A DNA stretch of 64,000 nucleotides. Origin: Macrostomum hystrix. Taxonomy: Eukaryota > Animalia > Platyhelminthes. How positions within the stretch are numbered: the stretch's first letter is position 1; each line of letters starts with the position of its first letter. The stretch lies in assembly GCA_950097015.1 (NCBI GenBank), contig CATNEN010000029.1, positions 2,108,001-2,172,000 on the forward strand, given 5' to 3'. The position numbers and the translations under genes were made by a program. Shown in pieces: positions 41,525 to 54,249 of this stretch. The notes below the pieces were generated by a model that was not told where the DNA came from, did not search any database, and saw only the letters and a program-made list of their open reading frames with translations.

Positions 41525-43855
41525 ACAATCACTCTGGAGGGAGGGAATGGCAGTCCAGTATCTGGGACTGTTTGGAGGGAGGAAGGGAATGGCAGTCCAG
41601 TATCTGGGACTGTTTGGAGGGAGGAAGGGAATGGCAGTCCAGTATCTGGGACTGTCTGGAGGGAGGAAGGGAATGGTAGTCCAGTATCTGGGACTGTTTG
41701 GAGGGAGGGAGGGAATGGCAGTCCAGTATCTGGGACTGTTTGGAGGGAGGAAGGGAATGGCAGTCCAGTATCTGGGACTGTTTGGATGGAGGAAGGGAAT
41801 GGCAGTCCAGTATCTGGGACTGTTTGGAGGGAGGTAGGGAATGGCAGTCCAGTATCTGGGACTGTTTGGAGGGAGGAAGGGAATGGCAGTCCAGTATCTG
41901 GGACTGTTTGGAGGGAGGAAGGGAATGGCAGTCCAGTATCTGGGACTGTTTGGAGGGAGGGAGGGAATGGCAGTCCAGTATCTGGGACTATTTGGATGGA
42001 GGGAGGGAATGGCAGTCCAGTATCTGGGACTGTTTGGAGGGAGGAAGGGAATGGCAGTCCAGTATCTGGGACTGTTTGGATGATGGAGGGAATGGCAGTC
42101 CAGTATCTGGGACTGTTTGGAGGGAGGGAGGGAATGGCAGTCCAGTATCTGGGACTGTTTGGAGGGAGGGAGGGAATGGTAGTCCAGTATCTGGGACTGT
42201 TTGGAGGGAGGGAGGGAATGGTAGTCCAGTATCTGGGGCTGTTTGGAGGGAGGGAATGGCAGTCCAGTATCTGGGGCTGTTTGGAGGGAGGGAATGGCAG
42301 TCCAGTATCTGGGGCTGTTTGGAGGGAGGTAGGGAATGGCAGTCCAGTATCTGGGACTGTTTGGAGGGAGGTAGGGAATGGCAGTCCAGTATCTGGGACT
42401 GTTTGGATGATGGAGGGAATGGCAGTCCAGTATCTGGGGCTGTTTGGAGGGAGGTAGGGAATGGCAGTCCAGTATCTGGGACTGTTTGGAGGGAGGGAGG
42501 GAATGGCAGTCCAGTATCTGGGGCTGTTTGGATGATGGAGGGAATGGCAGTCCAGTATCTGGGACTGTTTGGAGGGAGGAAGGGAATGGCAGTCCAGTAT
42601 CTGGGACTGTTTGGAGGGAGGTAGGGAATGGCAGTCCAGTATCTGGGACTGTTTGGAGGGAGGGAGGGAATGGTAGTCCAGTATCTGGGGCTGTTTGGAT
42701 GGAGGAAGGGAATGGCAGTCCAGTATCTGGGACTGTTTGGAGGGAGGGAGGGAATGGCAGTCCAGTATCTGGGACTGTTTGGATGATGGAGGGAATGGCA
42801 GTCCAGTATCTGGGGCTGTTTGGAGGAAGGGAATGGCAGTCCAGTATCTGGGACTGTTTGGAGGGAGGTAGGGAATGGCAGTCCAGTATCTGGGACTGTT
42901 TGGAGGGAGGTAGGGAATGGCAGTCCAGTATCTGGGACTGTTTGGAGGGAGGAAGGGAATGGCAGTCCAGTATCTGGGACTGTTTGGAGGGAGGGAGGGA
43001 ATGGCAGTCCAGTATCTGGGACTATTTGGATGGAGGGAGGGAATGGCAGTCCAGTATCTGGGACTGTTTGGAGGGAGGAAGGGAATGGCAGTCCAGTATC
43101 TGGGACTGTTTGGATGATGGAGGGAATGGCAGTCCAGTATCTGGGACTGTTTGGAGGGAGGGAGGGAATGGCAGTCCAGTATCTGGGACTGTTTGGATGG
43201 AGGAAGGGAATGGCAGTCCAGTATCTGGGACTGTTTGGAGGGAGGAAGGGAATGGTAGTCCAGTATCTGGGACTGTTTGGAGGGAGGAAGGGAATGGCAG
43301 TCCAGTATCTGGGACTGTCTGGAGGGAGGAAGGGAATGGCAGTCCAGTATCTGGGACTGTTTGGAGGGAGGAAGGGAATGGCAGTCCAGTATCTGGGACT
43401 GTTTGGAGGGAGGAAGGGAATGGTAGTCCAGTATCTGGGACTGTTTGGAGGGAGGAAGGGAATGGCAGTCCAGTATCTGGGACTGTTTGGAGGGAGGGAG
43501 GGAATGGCAGTCCAGTATCTGGGACTGTTTGGAGGGAGGTAGGGAATGGCAGTCCAGTATCTGGGACTGTTTGGAGGGAGGAAGGGAATGGCAGTCCAGT
43601 ATCTGGGGCTGTTTGGAGGGAGGAAGGGATTGGCAGTCCAGTATCTGGGACTGTTTGGAGGGAGGAAGGGAATGGCAGTCCAGTATCTGGGGCTGTTTGG
43701 ATGATGGAGGGAATGGCAGTCCAGTATCTGGGACTGTTTGGATGATGGAGGGAATGGCAGTCCAGTATCTGGGACTGTTTGGATGATGGAGGGAATGGCA
43801 GTCCAGTATCTGGGACTGTTTAAAGGGAGGAAGAGAATGGCAGTCCAGTATCAGA
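41525..43855. repeat. 38-42-bp G-rich minisatellite (gggaatggcagtccagtatctgggactgtttggagggaggaa), ~55 copies
   Basis: Period 42 (41561 and 41603). Confidence 0.97.
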
Positions 43856-44004
43856 AGTAGTCCTTACTGTAACTGAGTTTGCGAAAACCAAACACGAAAT
43901 CTATAAATAAGCAGAACAGATAGGAGAAGAATACTAGCATTTAGACACAAACGAAGCGAAACAAGACAGACAGAAAGATAAACGATTTTGGTCGGAAATT
44001 ACCG

Positions 44005-44515
44005 TCTCTTTGGATAGGGGATTCCCGTATTTTCGGATCGGGGATTCTCGTATTTTTGGATCGGGGATTGCCGCCTCTTCGGGTATTACCTTCTCTTTGG
44101 ATCGGGAATTCATGTCTCTTTGGATCGGGGATTCCCGTCTCTATTGATCGGGGATTCCCGTCTCTTTGAATAAGGAATTCCCTTTTCTTTGGATCAGGGA
44201 TTCCCGTCTCTTTGAATTAGGTTTCCCGTCCCTTTAGATCGGGAATTCCCATATTTTTGTATCGAGGATTAACGTCTCTTAGGGTCAGGAATTACCACCT
44301 CTTTGGATCGGGGATTCCCGTCTCTTTGGATCGGGGATTCCCGTCTCTATGAATCAGGGATTCACGTTTCTTTGAATAAGGAATTCCCTTTTCTTTGGAT
44401 CAAGGATTCCCGTCTCTTAGAATAAGGAATTCCCGTCTCTTTTGATTGGGGATTCCCGTCTCTTTGAACTGCGCTTTCCGTCTCTGCGAATGGAATTCCC
44501 GTCTCTTAGAATGGA
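44005..44515. repeat. Degenerate ~23-bp repeat (tttggatcggggattcccgtctc)
   Basis: About 20 degenerate units. Confidence 0.88.
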
Positions 44516-44884
44516 ATGTACGCTCGTATATACTTCAGTAAGTATGCAATTTTGTAAGCATCATCCCGTCGGTAAGTTTTTTATCTGGCCATTTTTGCAA
44601 AGTTAGTAGTAGATAATTACATCCCACTTCACTAGTTCGGGGAACTTATCCATAGATAATGACGGGATTTTACCAAATCTTGGCGCCGAAATTCCATTGA
44701 AGCCACTTAACACTCGCTTGAGCATAAAAGGCCGATAGTGTTGTTGAAGCACCCTATAGCCTTAACATTTTCCACCTCCTTAGACGCCAACCTCCTATCT
44801 CCCTCACTGTTTTCATCTGAGAGAATCGCAAGATTTCAGTCCGGCAATCTATAGCTGTTTCGCTGCTATCGTGTTGAAAAGCTG

Positions 44885-45000
44885 CGCCGCTATTGGCTGC
44901 AGCCACCCCCCCTCACGCCACCGGCCTGCCACCCACGTTCTAACGGGCCGGCCTAGCCAAGCAGTATTTATACGGCAGCAAAGCAGTTTCAGCTGCGGCT
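44885..45000 (+). promoter_or_regulatory. Putative core promoter of the EGF-ligand gene
   Basis: TATTTATA at 44965-44972, about 130 nt before the ATG; ATTGG (reverse CCAAT) near 44891. Confidence 0.5.
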
Positions 45001-45098
45001 TATCTCCGTGTCAGCTTTACTCGCAGCTGTCTCTCTCTAGCTTATTTGCAGGGCTATTCTTCTGTGTATAATCTCAGGATAATTAGAGATCTCCCAGT

Positions 45099-47934
45099 AT
45101 GAGTAGAGCGGCCGCCTCCCTACTGCTAGTGCACATCATGCTGGTGTGCCCGATGGCACTGACGCCCGTCACCAGCATGACCAGAGGCGATGTCGACTCG
45201 GCCCCGAAGCGGGCCGGCTCGGCGCCCTCCGCCGCTCTCATCCAGCAGATCCGGCGCCAAATGGAAGCCAACAAGGACCGCGTCATGAAGATCCTGGAGG
45301 GTCGCGAATGGTACCGCTCCTTCTTGGAGTTGCTGCGGCACGAGCTGAAGAAAAAGGCCGACCACCGCATCGAGGTTGCCAACATCTACATGGGCCTAGC
45401 CGAGTCGCCAAGAACTCGGCGCACCGTTGTCGACGCCGACCGGGACCTCTTCGAAACTCTGGCGGGTCCGCTGCTGCGACGAGCAGCGCGCAGCGTCCCG
45501 GCTCACCATGAGTCCCTCGTTGAAGTCTCCGCCGCGCTCAAGGTGGATGGCAAGGTGTGCCTAAATGTCACTAAGCAGGCCGAGGCAATTAGGATGGGCG
45601 ACTCCAATGAGATCATCAAGGCCGACATCGGCGACACTGAGATCTTGCTCAGTATGAAGGTCACGAAGAAGGGAACAGGTGAGAATGGTCATGGCCTCAC
45701 AATCATGTGACACACGCACACACACACACTTAAACCGCAACTTGCACGCTATGACTTCGTGCGCGCGCTTAGTTACACTGATTGGGCATTGAAAACATTT
45801 TCGAGGGTCAGCATCTTTGAGGGCCAAGGTGTGTTTGGCAACGGTTACTGCCGATTCAGCTAGATACTTATCAGCGTGGCGATCTTGTTTAAAATTTCTG
45901 AACCCAGCCTCTGCACTGCCACTGCACCAATGGCCTTTCTTGTATTCAAATCGGCTATTCACTCACTGAAACCCACTGCCGCTTCAGATGATGCTGCAGA
46001 GCCGCCACTGCCGCCACCGCCGCCGCCTTCGCCGTCGCATCGGGCGTCGGGAGATGCTCTAGCCGGCGGCCCGTCTATCGATACTGAGCGGACGCGACCT
46101 TCGCGGCCGTCAACCGCATCGCCGACAGTTCGGCCAACATCCAACGGAGCAGCCGCCGCAGCCGCCGCCTCTGCCGCTTCGGCCGCCGCTGCGGCAGCAG
46201 CCGCCGCCGCAGAATCGGATGCGGCGGCGCAGGGCAACGCGTCAAGAACTGGCTCCGGTGAGCAGTCCTGGAACGGCGACTATTCAAAACTGCAGACTCA
46301 CTGTGCCGACCGGAACTACTGCCTGTTTGGTGGAACCTGCGTCTACTACGGCATCATCGACATGCCGCTGTGCAAGTGAGTCAGCGGTCTCCCTTCATTT
46401 TAAATTCATGCTGCGCTTTGGTTCCTGACTTTCGCCATCCCTCACCCACCAGTTGCCGCAAGGGTTACAAAGGCAACCGTTGCGAGCTGTACGACATCAA
46501 TGAAGTGCTCAGCACACTTGACAGCGCGCACAAGCGACGCGTCATTGGCAACGGGCCAATTGTGCAGCAGGGCGACCACATGGACGTTCTGAGCGTTGTG
46601 GAGTCAACAGCGTAAGCCACCGCTGCCCTGTGTGTAACCGCAGCGGACCTGTGCACTGCAGGCCCGCCAAAATTTCATGCAGGCGACCCCCAGCCCGCCA
46701 CTTCGCACTTCGCCCTTGCCCCAGCTTTTCATCGTCAATAAACCCTTTGTGTGCCCGCCGACAAAGCATTGATTTATGCCGAGCGAAGCAGCGAATACTG
46801 GCTTGCCGTCTTATTACGGCCCATGAGCCAGATCTGAGACCGATTAGGCGGCATCCCGTGACCCCCCCACACACAGCTTTCGCATCTGATCAATCAATTG
46901 CGCACTTGTTGGTCCGCTGGCCTCTTTAGCTTTGCCCTCTTCGCAGAGGCCATTCAGCCAGTGATTCGCATGAAATCCCAGCATGTGTATGGCTGTGCAA
47001 ATACGTCAGACTAGTCAACATAACTTTCTTTTAACACAATTTTACAACTCGCCTATGGAAGATTATGTTAGTAATTTGTTAAAAATTCGTTCCAATTAAC
47101 GCAGGTTGCTCGGCCTTCGCACGTCAGGCCTGTTTGACAATGACCCAGTGATCTATGAGGACTGAGTCGACCCTTGAGTCCCCTCCCCTCCCCTCCCTGT
47201 CTCATGCCGTACCTCCAACAAGCACATTCTAAACACTCCCTCCCTTGTCAAGTGAAGTTGTTCCTTCTGGCCGGCCAATTTTCTGTCGGCTTGCATTTTT
47301 GCTGCACCAAAAAAACACAATTAGTTTCGAGAACATGTTACTCGCTCCTATATAGCTCTTATAAATGTTGTCTGCAATTAGCTATATTAGAATCTGATAA
47401 TTTTCAATTTGAGAACTAAATATTGTCTTTTTCTGTTTTCTGCACAACAATCGTATGTAACTTCCCCTGTACACTTTCGGCATTGAAGCTGCCAGCTTTT
47501 GGTATCCAACAATTTTAAATGAAAAAAGATAAACAAATACGCATTTTTTATTTGTTAATCTCTGCCTTCAATGCCGGAAAATGTTCACGCATGCAGTGTG
47601 TGTGTGTGTGTAAAGTGCAAACGTATGCAAGTGAGTGAGCTATCCAGAGTTCATGTAATTCTTCAAACTGAATGACAGAACTGTTGTCAATTTGTAATAA
47701 ATCTTACCTAATAAACATTTAAACCAAACTTACGCTGAGAAATTAACTATTTTTAACCTCTGCGGACGCACATATCTCAATGTAATCAGCGCTGTGCCGC
47801 CTCCGCAACCACAACTCTCCTTCATTAGCCGAAATCATCCAACTTCTCATTGCAGAATATACCTGCTGCACATCCCAAAAAACTACCCTAGTTATCAGGC
47901 CATGCAGCTGCTCCAGAATCTGCTGATGCACTGA
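45099..47934 (+). CDS. Secreted EGF-family (EGFR/ErbB ligand-type) precursor; exons 45099-45678, 45988-46375, 46453-46611, 47856-47934 (short isoform ends at 46615)
   Basis: Signal peptide, RTRR and RRAAR basic sites, and a spliced EGF motif C-ADRNY-C-LFGGT-C-VYYGIIDMPL-C-N-C-RKGYKGNR-C-E. All junctions are GT-AG and in phase. No TM segment. Confidence 0.87.
46737..46742 (+). terminator. Candidate intronic poly(A) signal for the short EGF isoform
   Basis: AATAAA ~120 nt after TAA at 46613-46615. Confidence 0.5.
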
Positions 47935-48825
47935 AAACATTGCGGTTTGCCGATCCGAGCTTCGAAACTATTTTTTATTAAAAACACGATCAAAGACGTT
48001 GAACAGACAACTGAAACTCAATTGATACTATAAACTGGCCTGTTAAATTGATATTCGTTTGTTAATTTTGTAATTGGTTCTCTTTTCATCTTTTTTTGGC
48101 TCCATCTCTCCCAATCGTTATCTCTCCCAATGACAATAGTTCGGGTCATGCTCTAATGATAACCTATCTATTTTTCTTATCGATGTTAGCACCTGAACAA
48201 CTGCTTATTCTCATCCGCTTTTATTTTTTGTTAATTAATAAAAAATGATAATAGCAAACAAAAATACTACAGCGCAACTGCCTCAGCATCCATTGCCATT
48301 GTGCCCAGTGATGAAGTCTCATTCGTTATATACACATACATAAATATATGAATGCACGACTTATTAATTTTGCCTATCGAATTCGTTATCAAAGCAATAT
48401 TCCCAACGTCCCAAAATTATCTTACCAATCCTGCCCACTCATTTTCTGAATGCGCGCATTTTTCATTTCTCACAGAACGCAACACAGTTAAAAACTGATC
48501 AGAGAACAGAATATTTCACCTTGGATTAGCCTACTTGCGCGATTGACAATTGAAAAATGTGAGCACCTATTTTGAATTCGCGCCGAAATCTAATAACGAT
48601 GATCAGACTGATAATTGTCGTTATTCAAATTTAGGCTAGAAAAAAAAATAGTTAAAAATTAGTTCCACAGAGTTTGGTGTTGAAAATATCGAAACTTTGC
48701 TCTCTACTTGGATTCTATAGTTTTGGTTTCCATAGCCACTTTGTTGCTATGCCATCACTTAAGATTGCACGTAAAAGTCGCAGCGCAAAAACTCTAGAAA
48801 AATATTTTAGACAAAATATTAGACA

Positions 48826-49215
48826 AAGGAGGAGTGGGGATGGGATAGAAAGTAGGCAAGCGAGTGAGGATTGGGGATGGGATAGAAAGCAGACAAGCGA
48901 GTGAGGATTGGGGATGGGATAGAAAGTAGACAAGCGAGTGAGGATTGGGGGATGGGATAGAAAGTAGACAAGCGAGTGAGGATTGGGGGATGGGATAGAA
49001 AGTAGACAAGCGAGTGAGGATTGGGGATGGGATAGAAAGCAGACAAGCGAGTGAGGATTGGGGATGGGATAGAAAGTAGACAAGCGAGTGAGGATTGGGG
49101 GATGGGATAGAAAGTAGGCAAGCGAGTGAGGATTGGGGATGGGATAGAAAGTAGACAAGCGAGTGAGGATTGGGGATGGGATAGAAAGAAAACAAGCGAG
49201 TGAGGATTGGGGATG
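48826..49215. repeat. 37-38-bp minisatellite (gaggattggggatgggatagaaagtagacaagcgagt), ~10 copies
   Basis: Direct periodicity. Confidence 0.95.
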
Positions 49216-50044
49216 AGATGGAGATGTGTTCAGTGACAGAAGCGAGTTAAAATAGAACTGAGAGTCAGCTGGGAATCAGACTGTTAGTCCTGAGGGGCGC
49301 CATCGCTGATGTAGGTCCAAGCCAGCTGTTGTAGTCGACTGGTCGGATAAGTGACAGGGAAATATATTTTAGGAATTTCGGCCAATCTACGGCTGGCATT
49401 CCGACCTGTGAACGAGTACATTGCATTGTCTTGCGTTGGCGAAAACATGGTTCTTCAATTCTTTCGCATCTACTTTAGAGTGAAATATTTTTTAACAGTA
49501 ACTGCCGACAAGAATGCCCATAGCCGTTCTTCGTCTTGTCTAACATCGTTTTCAAATGGCCCTGTACCCTTGATTATACTTCCCCGCAGTCTCTACCCAG
49601 CCGAATCTGCCATTTATGGCTCGGGGCTTCATCCTGCCTACCTGTAGCGAAAGGGTATAAAAATAGTGCAGACTTTCGCGCCAAATTGTAAATTCCCGCC
49701 GAAATGGCTCCGGAATGAAGCGGTTCTTGGCCTTGCCCTGCTGCAGGGCAAGGCGCCATATAAAACTTGACGGCTATTTGAAGACTGGGCCTTGTAAACT
49801 GAAGCGAATTTTGACACTTACAAAACTTGGCAAACTTCCGTGCTGTGTAAGCAGGCCATAGCCAATGGCCTACGTGCATATTCACGCCAAATTTCATTCT
49901 AGACAATGTAATATTTGGCCATTGAAAAAAGTGGCGATGGCTATTGTTACACTACATTAAGACAAAAAAGTACTCATTCCCATCTCACTCCCATCTCATT
50001 CCCTCAGTTTAAATCTCAGCTTCCTCACAATCCAAATCTCAAAT

Positions 50045-53000
50045 TTCTCTCACTCCGAATCTCATCATACTTTCACTCTGAATCTCACCTTACTCTCACT
50101 CTGAATCTCATCCTACTTTCACTCTGAATCTCATCCTACTCTCACTCTGAATCTCATCCTACTCTCACTCTGAATCTCATCCTACTCTCACCCCGAATCT
50201 CATCCTACTCTCACTCTGAATCTCATCCTACTTTCACTCTGAATCTCATCCTACTCTCACTCTGAATCTCATCCTACTTTCACTCTGAATCTCATCCTAC
50301 TCTCACTCTGAATCTCATCCTACTTTCACTCTGAATCTCACCCTACTCTCACTCTGAATCTCATCCTACTCTCATCCCGAATCTCATCCTACTATCACTC
50401 TGAATCCCATCCTACTCTCACCCCTAATCTCATCCTACTATCACTCTGAATCTCATCCTACTCCCACCCCTAATCTCATCCTACTGTCACTCTGAATCTC
50501 ATCCTACTCTCACTCTGAATCTCATCCTACTCTCACTCTGAATCTCATCCTACTCTCACCCCTAATCTCATCCTACTGTCACTCTGAATCTCATCCTACT
50601 CTCACTCTGAATCTCATCCTACTCTCACCCCTAATCTCACCCTACTCTCACTCTGAATCTCATCCTACTGTCACTCCAAATCTCACCTTCCTATTACTAC
50701 AAATCTCCAAACCTCTCTTCTCTCGTTCACTATAAAACTAATGGTCTCAAAGCTAACTATAAAGAATATCTAGACAAGTTTATAGATCCAAAATAGAGTT
50801 TGTTGGAGCAGGCTTTGCGTCATTTCTATAAAAGAAAAGTGTTTGGCAATGAAATAATGGTTTCCAGACAAACCCATCGCTTACCTGGAAGAAAATTATG
50901 GATGATTACCTGCGTAGTTGGAGAAATCCAAAATCAAAGACTGGCAGACTGTCTCGCCAGCTGAAGAGAGAGAAGAAAATTTGCTAAACTCTTAATTTTA
51001 GCTGCCTCCGTCTGCAACTGCATTTTTTCTTTGTAGTCTTCGGCAATCACTGAAAATTACCTACCGTGTGAAAATTGCACTTTTCTACAAACAGGTAAAA
51101 AATTTGGCTAGAAAAGACGCAGTCTTCTTAAACTGACCATTTCACTCCCGACTTCACAATCTATAACTTGAGATCTCAACCACTACTCTCTGAAAAAATC
51201 TGAAACTCCTCTACTCCAAATCTCCCTCTCTTTGATGACTCTGATGAAAAGTGACTCTCTACTCTCACTCCGAATCTCACCCTACTCTCAACCCGAATCT
51301 CATCCTACTCTCACCTCGAATCTCATCCTACTATCACTCTGAATCTCATCCTACTCTCACTCCGAATCTCACCCTACTCTCACCCCGAATCTCACCCTAC
51401 TCTCACTCCGAATCTCACCCTACTCTCACCCCGAATCTCACCCTACTCTCACTCTGAATCTCATCCTACTCTCACTCTGAATCTCATCCTACTCTCACTC
51501 CGAATCTCACCCTACTCTCACCCCAAATCTCATCCTACTCTCACTCTGAATCTCATCCTACTCTTACCCCTAATCTCACCCTATTCTCCCTCCGAATCTC
51601 ACCCTACTCTCACTCTGAATCTCATCCTACTTTCACTCTGAATCTCATCCTACTATCACTCTGAATCTTATCCTACTCTTACCCCTAATCTCACCCTATT
51701 CTCACTCCGAATCTCACCCTGCTCTCACTCTGAATCTCATCCTACTCTCACTCTGGATATCACCCTACTCTCACTCTGAATCTCATCCTACTCTCACTCT
51801 GAATCTCATCCTACTCTCACTCTGAATCTCATCCTACTCTCACTCTGAATCTCATCCTACTCTCACTCTGAATCTCATCCTACTCTCACTCTGAATCTCA
51901 TCCTACTCTCACTCTGAATCTCATCCTACTCTCACTCTGGATATCACCTTACTCTCACTCTGAATCTCACCCTACTCTCACTCTGAATCTCATCCTACTC
52001 TCACTCTGAATCTTATCCTACTCTTACCCCTAATCTCACCCTATTCTCACTCCGAATCTCACCCTACTCTCACTCTGAATCTCATCCTACTTTCACTCTG
52101 AATCTTATCCTACTCTTACCCCTAATCTCACCCTATTCTCACTCCGAATCTCACCCTGCTCTCACTCTGAATCTTATCCTACTCTTACCCCTAATCTCAC
52201 CCTATTCTCACTCCGAATCTCACCCTACTCTCACTCTGAATCTCATCCTACTTTCACTCTGAATCTTATCCTACTCTTACCCCTAATCTCACCCTATTCT
52301 CCCTCCGAATCTCACCCTACTCTCACTCTGAATCTCATCCTACTTTCACTCTGAATCTCATCCTACTATCACTCTGAATCTTATCCTACTCTTACCCCTA
52401 ATCTCACCCTATTCTCACTCCGAATCTCACCCTGCTCTCACTCTGAATCTCATCCTACTCTCACTCTGGATATCACCCTACTCTCACTCTGAATCTCATC
52501 CTACTCTCACTCTGAATCTCATCCTACTCTCACTCTGAATCTCATCCTACTCTCACTCTGAATCTCATCCTACTCTCACTCTGAATCTCATCCTACTCTC
52601 ACTCTGAATCTCATCCTACTCTCACTCTGAATCTCATCCTACTCTCACTCTGGATATCACCTTACTCTCACTCTGAATCTCACCCTACTCTCACTCTGAA
52701 TCTCATCCTACTCTCACTCTGAATCTTATCCTACTCTTACCCCTAATCTCACCCTATTCTCACTCCGAATCTCACCCTACTCTCACTCTGAATCTCATCC
52801 TACTTTCACTCTGAATCTTATCCTACTCTTACCCCTAATCTCACCCTATTCTCACTCCGAATCTCACCCTGCTCTCACTCTGAATCTCATCCTACTCTCA
52901 CTCTGGATATCACCCTACTCTCACTCTGGATATCACCTTACTCTCACTCTGAATCTCACCCTACTCTCACTCTGAATCTTATCCTTCTCTTACCCCTAAT

Positions 53001-53450
53001 CTCACCCTATTCTCACTCCGAATCTCACCCTGCTGTCACTCTGAATCTCATCCTACTCTCACTCTGGATATCACCCTACTCTCACTCTGGATATCACCCT
53101 ACTCTCACTCTGAATCTCACCCTACTCTCACTCTGAATCTCATCCTACTCTCACTCTGGATATCACCCTACTCTCACTCTGAATCTCATCCTACTCTCAC
53201 TCTGAATCTCATCCTACTCTCACTCTGGATATCACCCTACTCTCACTCTGAATCTCATCCTACTCTCACTCTGAATCTCATCCTACTCTCACTCTGAATC
53301 TCATCCTACTCTCACTCTTGATATCACCATTCTCTCACCCCGAATCTCACCCTACTCTCACTCTGAATCTCATCCTACTCTCACTCTGAATCTCATCCTA
53401 CTCTCACTCCGAATCTCACTATCTTCTCAACCCAAATCTCACTCACTTGT
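50045..53450. repeat. 23-bp minisatellite (cactctgaatctcatcctactct) in two blocks (50045-50700, 51245-53450)
   Basis: Direct periodicity, with a ~550-bp unique interruption. Confidence 0.96.
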
Positions 53451-54001
53451 CACTCAAAACGTCACTCTTTTCTGGCTGGCTGAATAAATCCGGGTCATTA
53501 AATGAAGGCACTCAAATTTCGACAGCCCTGGCTAGATGAAAAACAATTGTGCTCATTGTATTTTGGCTTCAGCTGGTTCCCAAACGGCCAATCATTTTTT
53601 AGGGTGAGTTCAAGAACAATAGCACGAATTGAATGGAGACTTGTAATAGACTCAACTGAAAATATGGGCGGAAATTTGCGTGATAAGACTCAGATATGAA
53701 GCATCTATCTTATTTTTTGTTAGAATTCTATTCCGAGGCTTAAGGCTAAACACCGCTTCAATAGTGACATTGTGACAAGGACGCAGTCCAGTATTGTTAA
53801 ACCCCTTCTTTTAGGCTGCTGTTGCTGTTTGGTATCTAATTTTAGACACTTAGTGTCCTTCCAATATCATTTCTCTTCCGCAGTGTCTGACTTGTTTGTT
53901 TTCTTGTCAGCGCCAATCGAGCGAGTTCTTACTCGTAGTTTAAAAGTGCAACACCACATTTTAAGTGGTTATTTTTTGCGTGCGAATTTTAATAAATGTG
54001 A

Positions 54002-54249
54002 AGGAGGCATTCTGCCTAATCCGCTGACTCATGAGCACACACTCACACAGGTGTGTACATCTGCCCTGACTTTCTCATCGTCAGGCAGTGTAAGCTTTCA
54101 CTGTACCTTGAAGGTTGGACCTCAAGCGCGTAAATTGCACGACAAGCCCCCAAGCCTTCTCTCCGCGGCTGCGCCCCAAATGAATGTGGCCTCGCCGCGG
54201 AATCGAACTCATGGACCTCGGTGCGAGAGCCAAACGCGTTAGACCGCTC
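54002..54249 (-). mobile_element. SINE family A, copy 5
   Basis: Reverse-complement match to copies 2 and 4. Confidence 0.85.

Noticed and set aside
41469-43786. ORFs of up to 433 aa (EGGREWQSSIWDCL / GNGSPVSGTVW repeats)
   Set aside because: Artefacts of the 38-42-bp tandem repeat; the frame shifts with unit length.
45099-45710. TGF-beta propeptide call for the first exon
   Set aside because: No cystine-knot domain follows, and splicing leads to an EGF motif instead.
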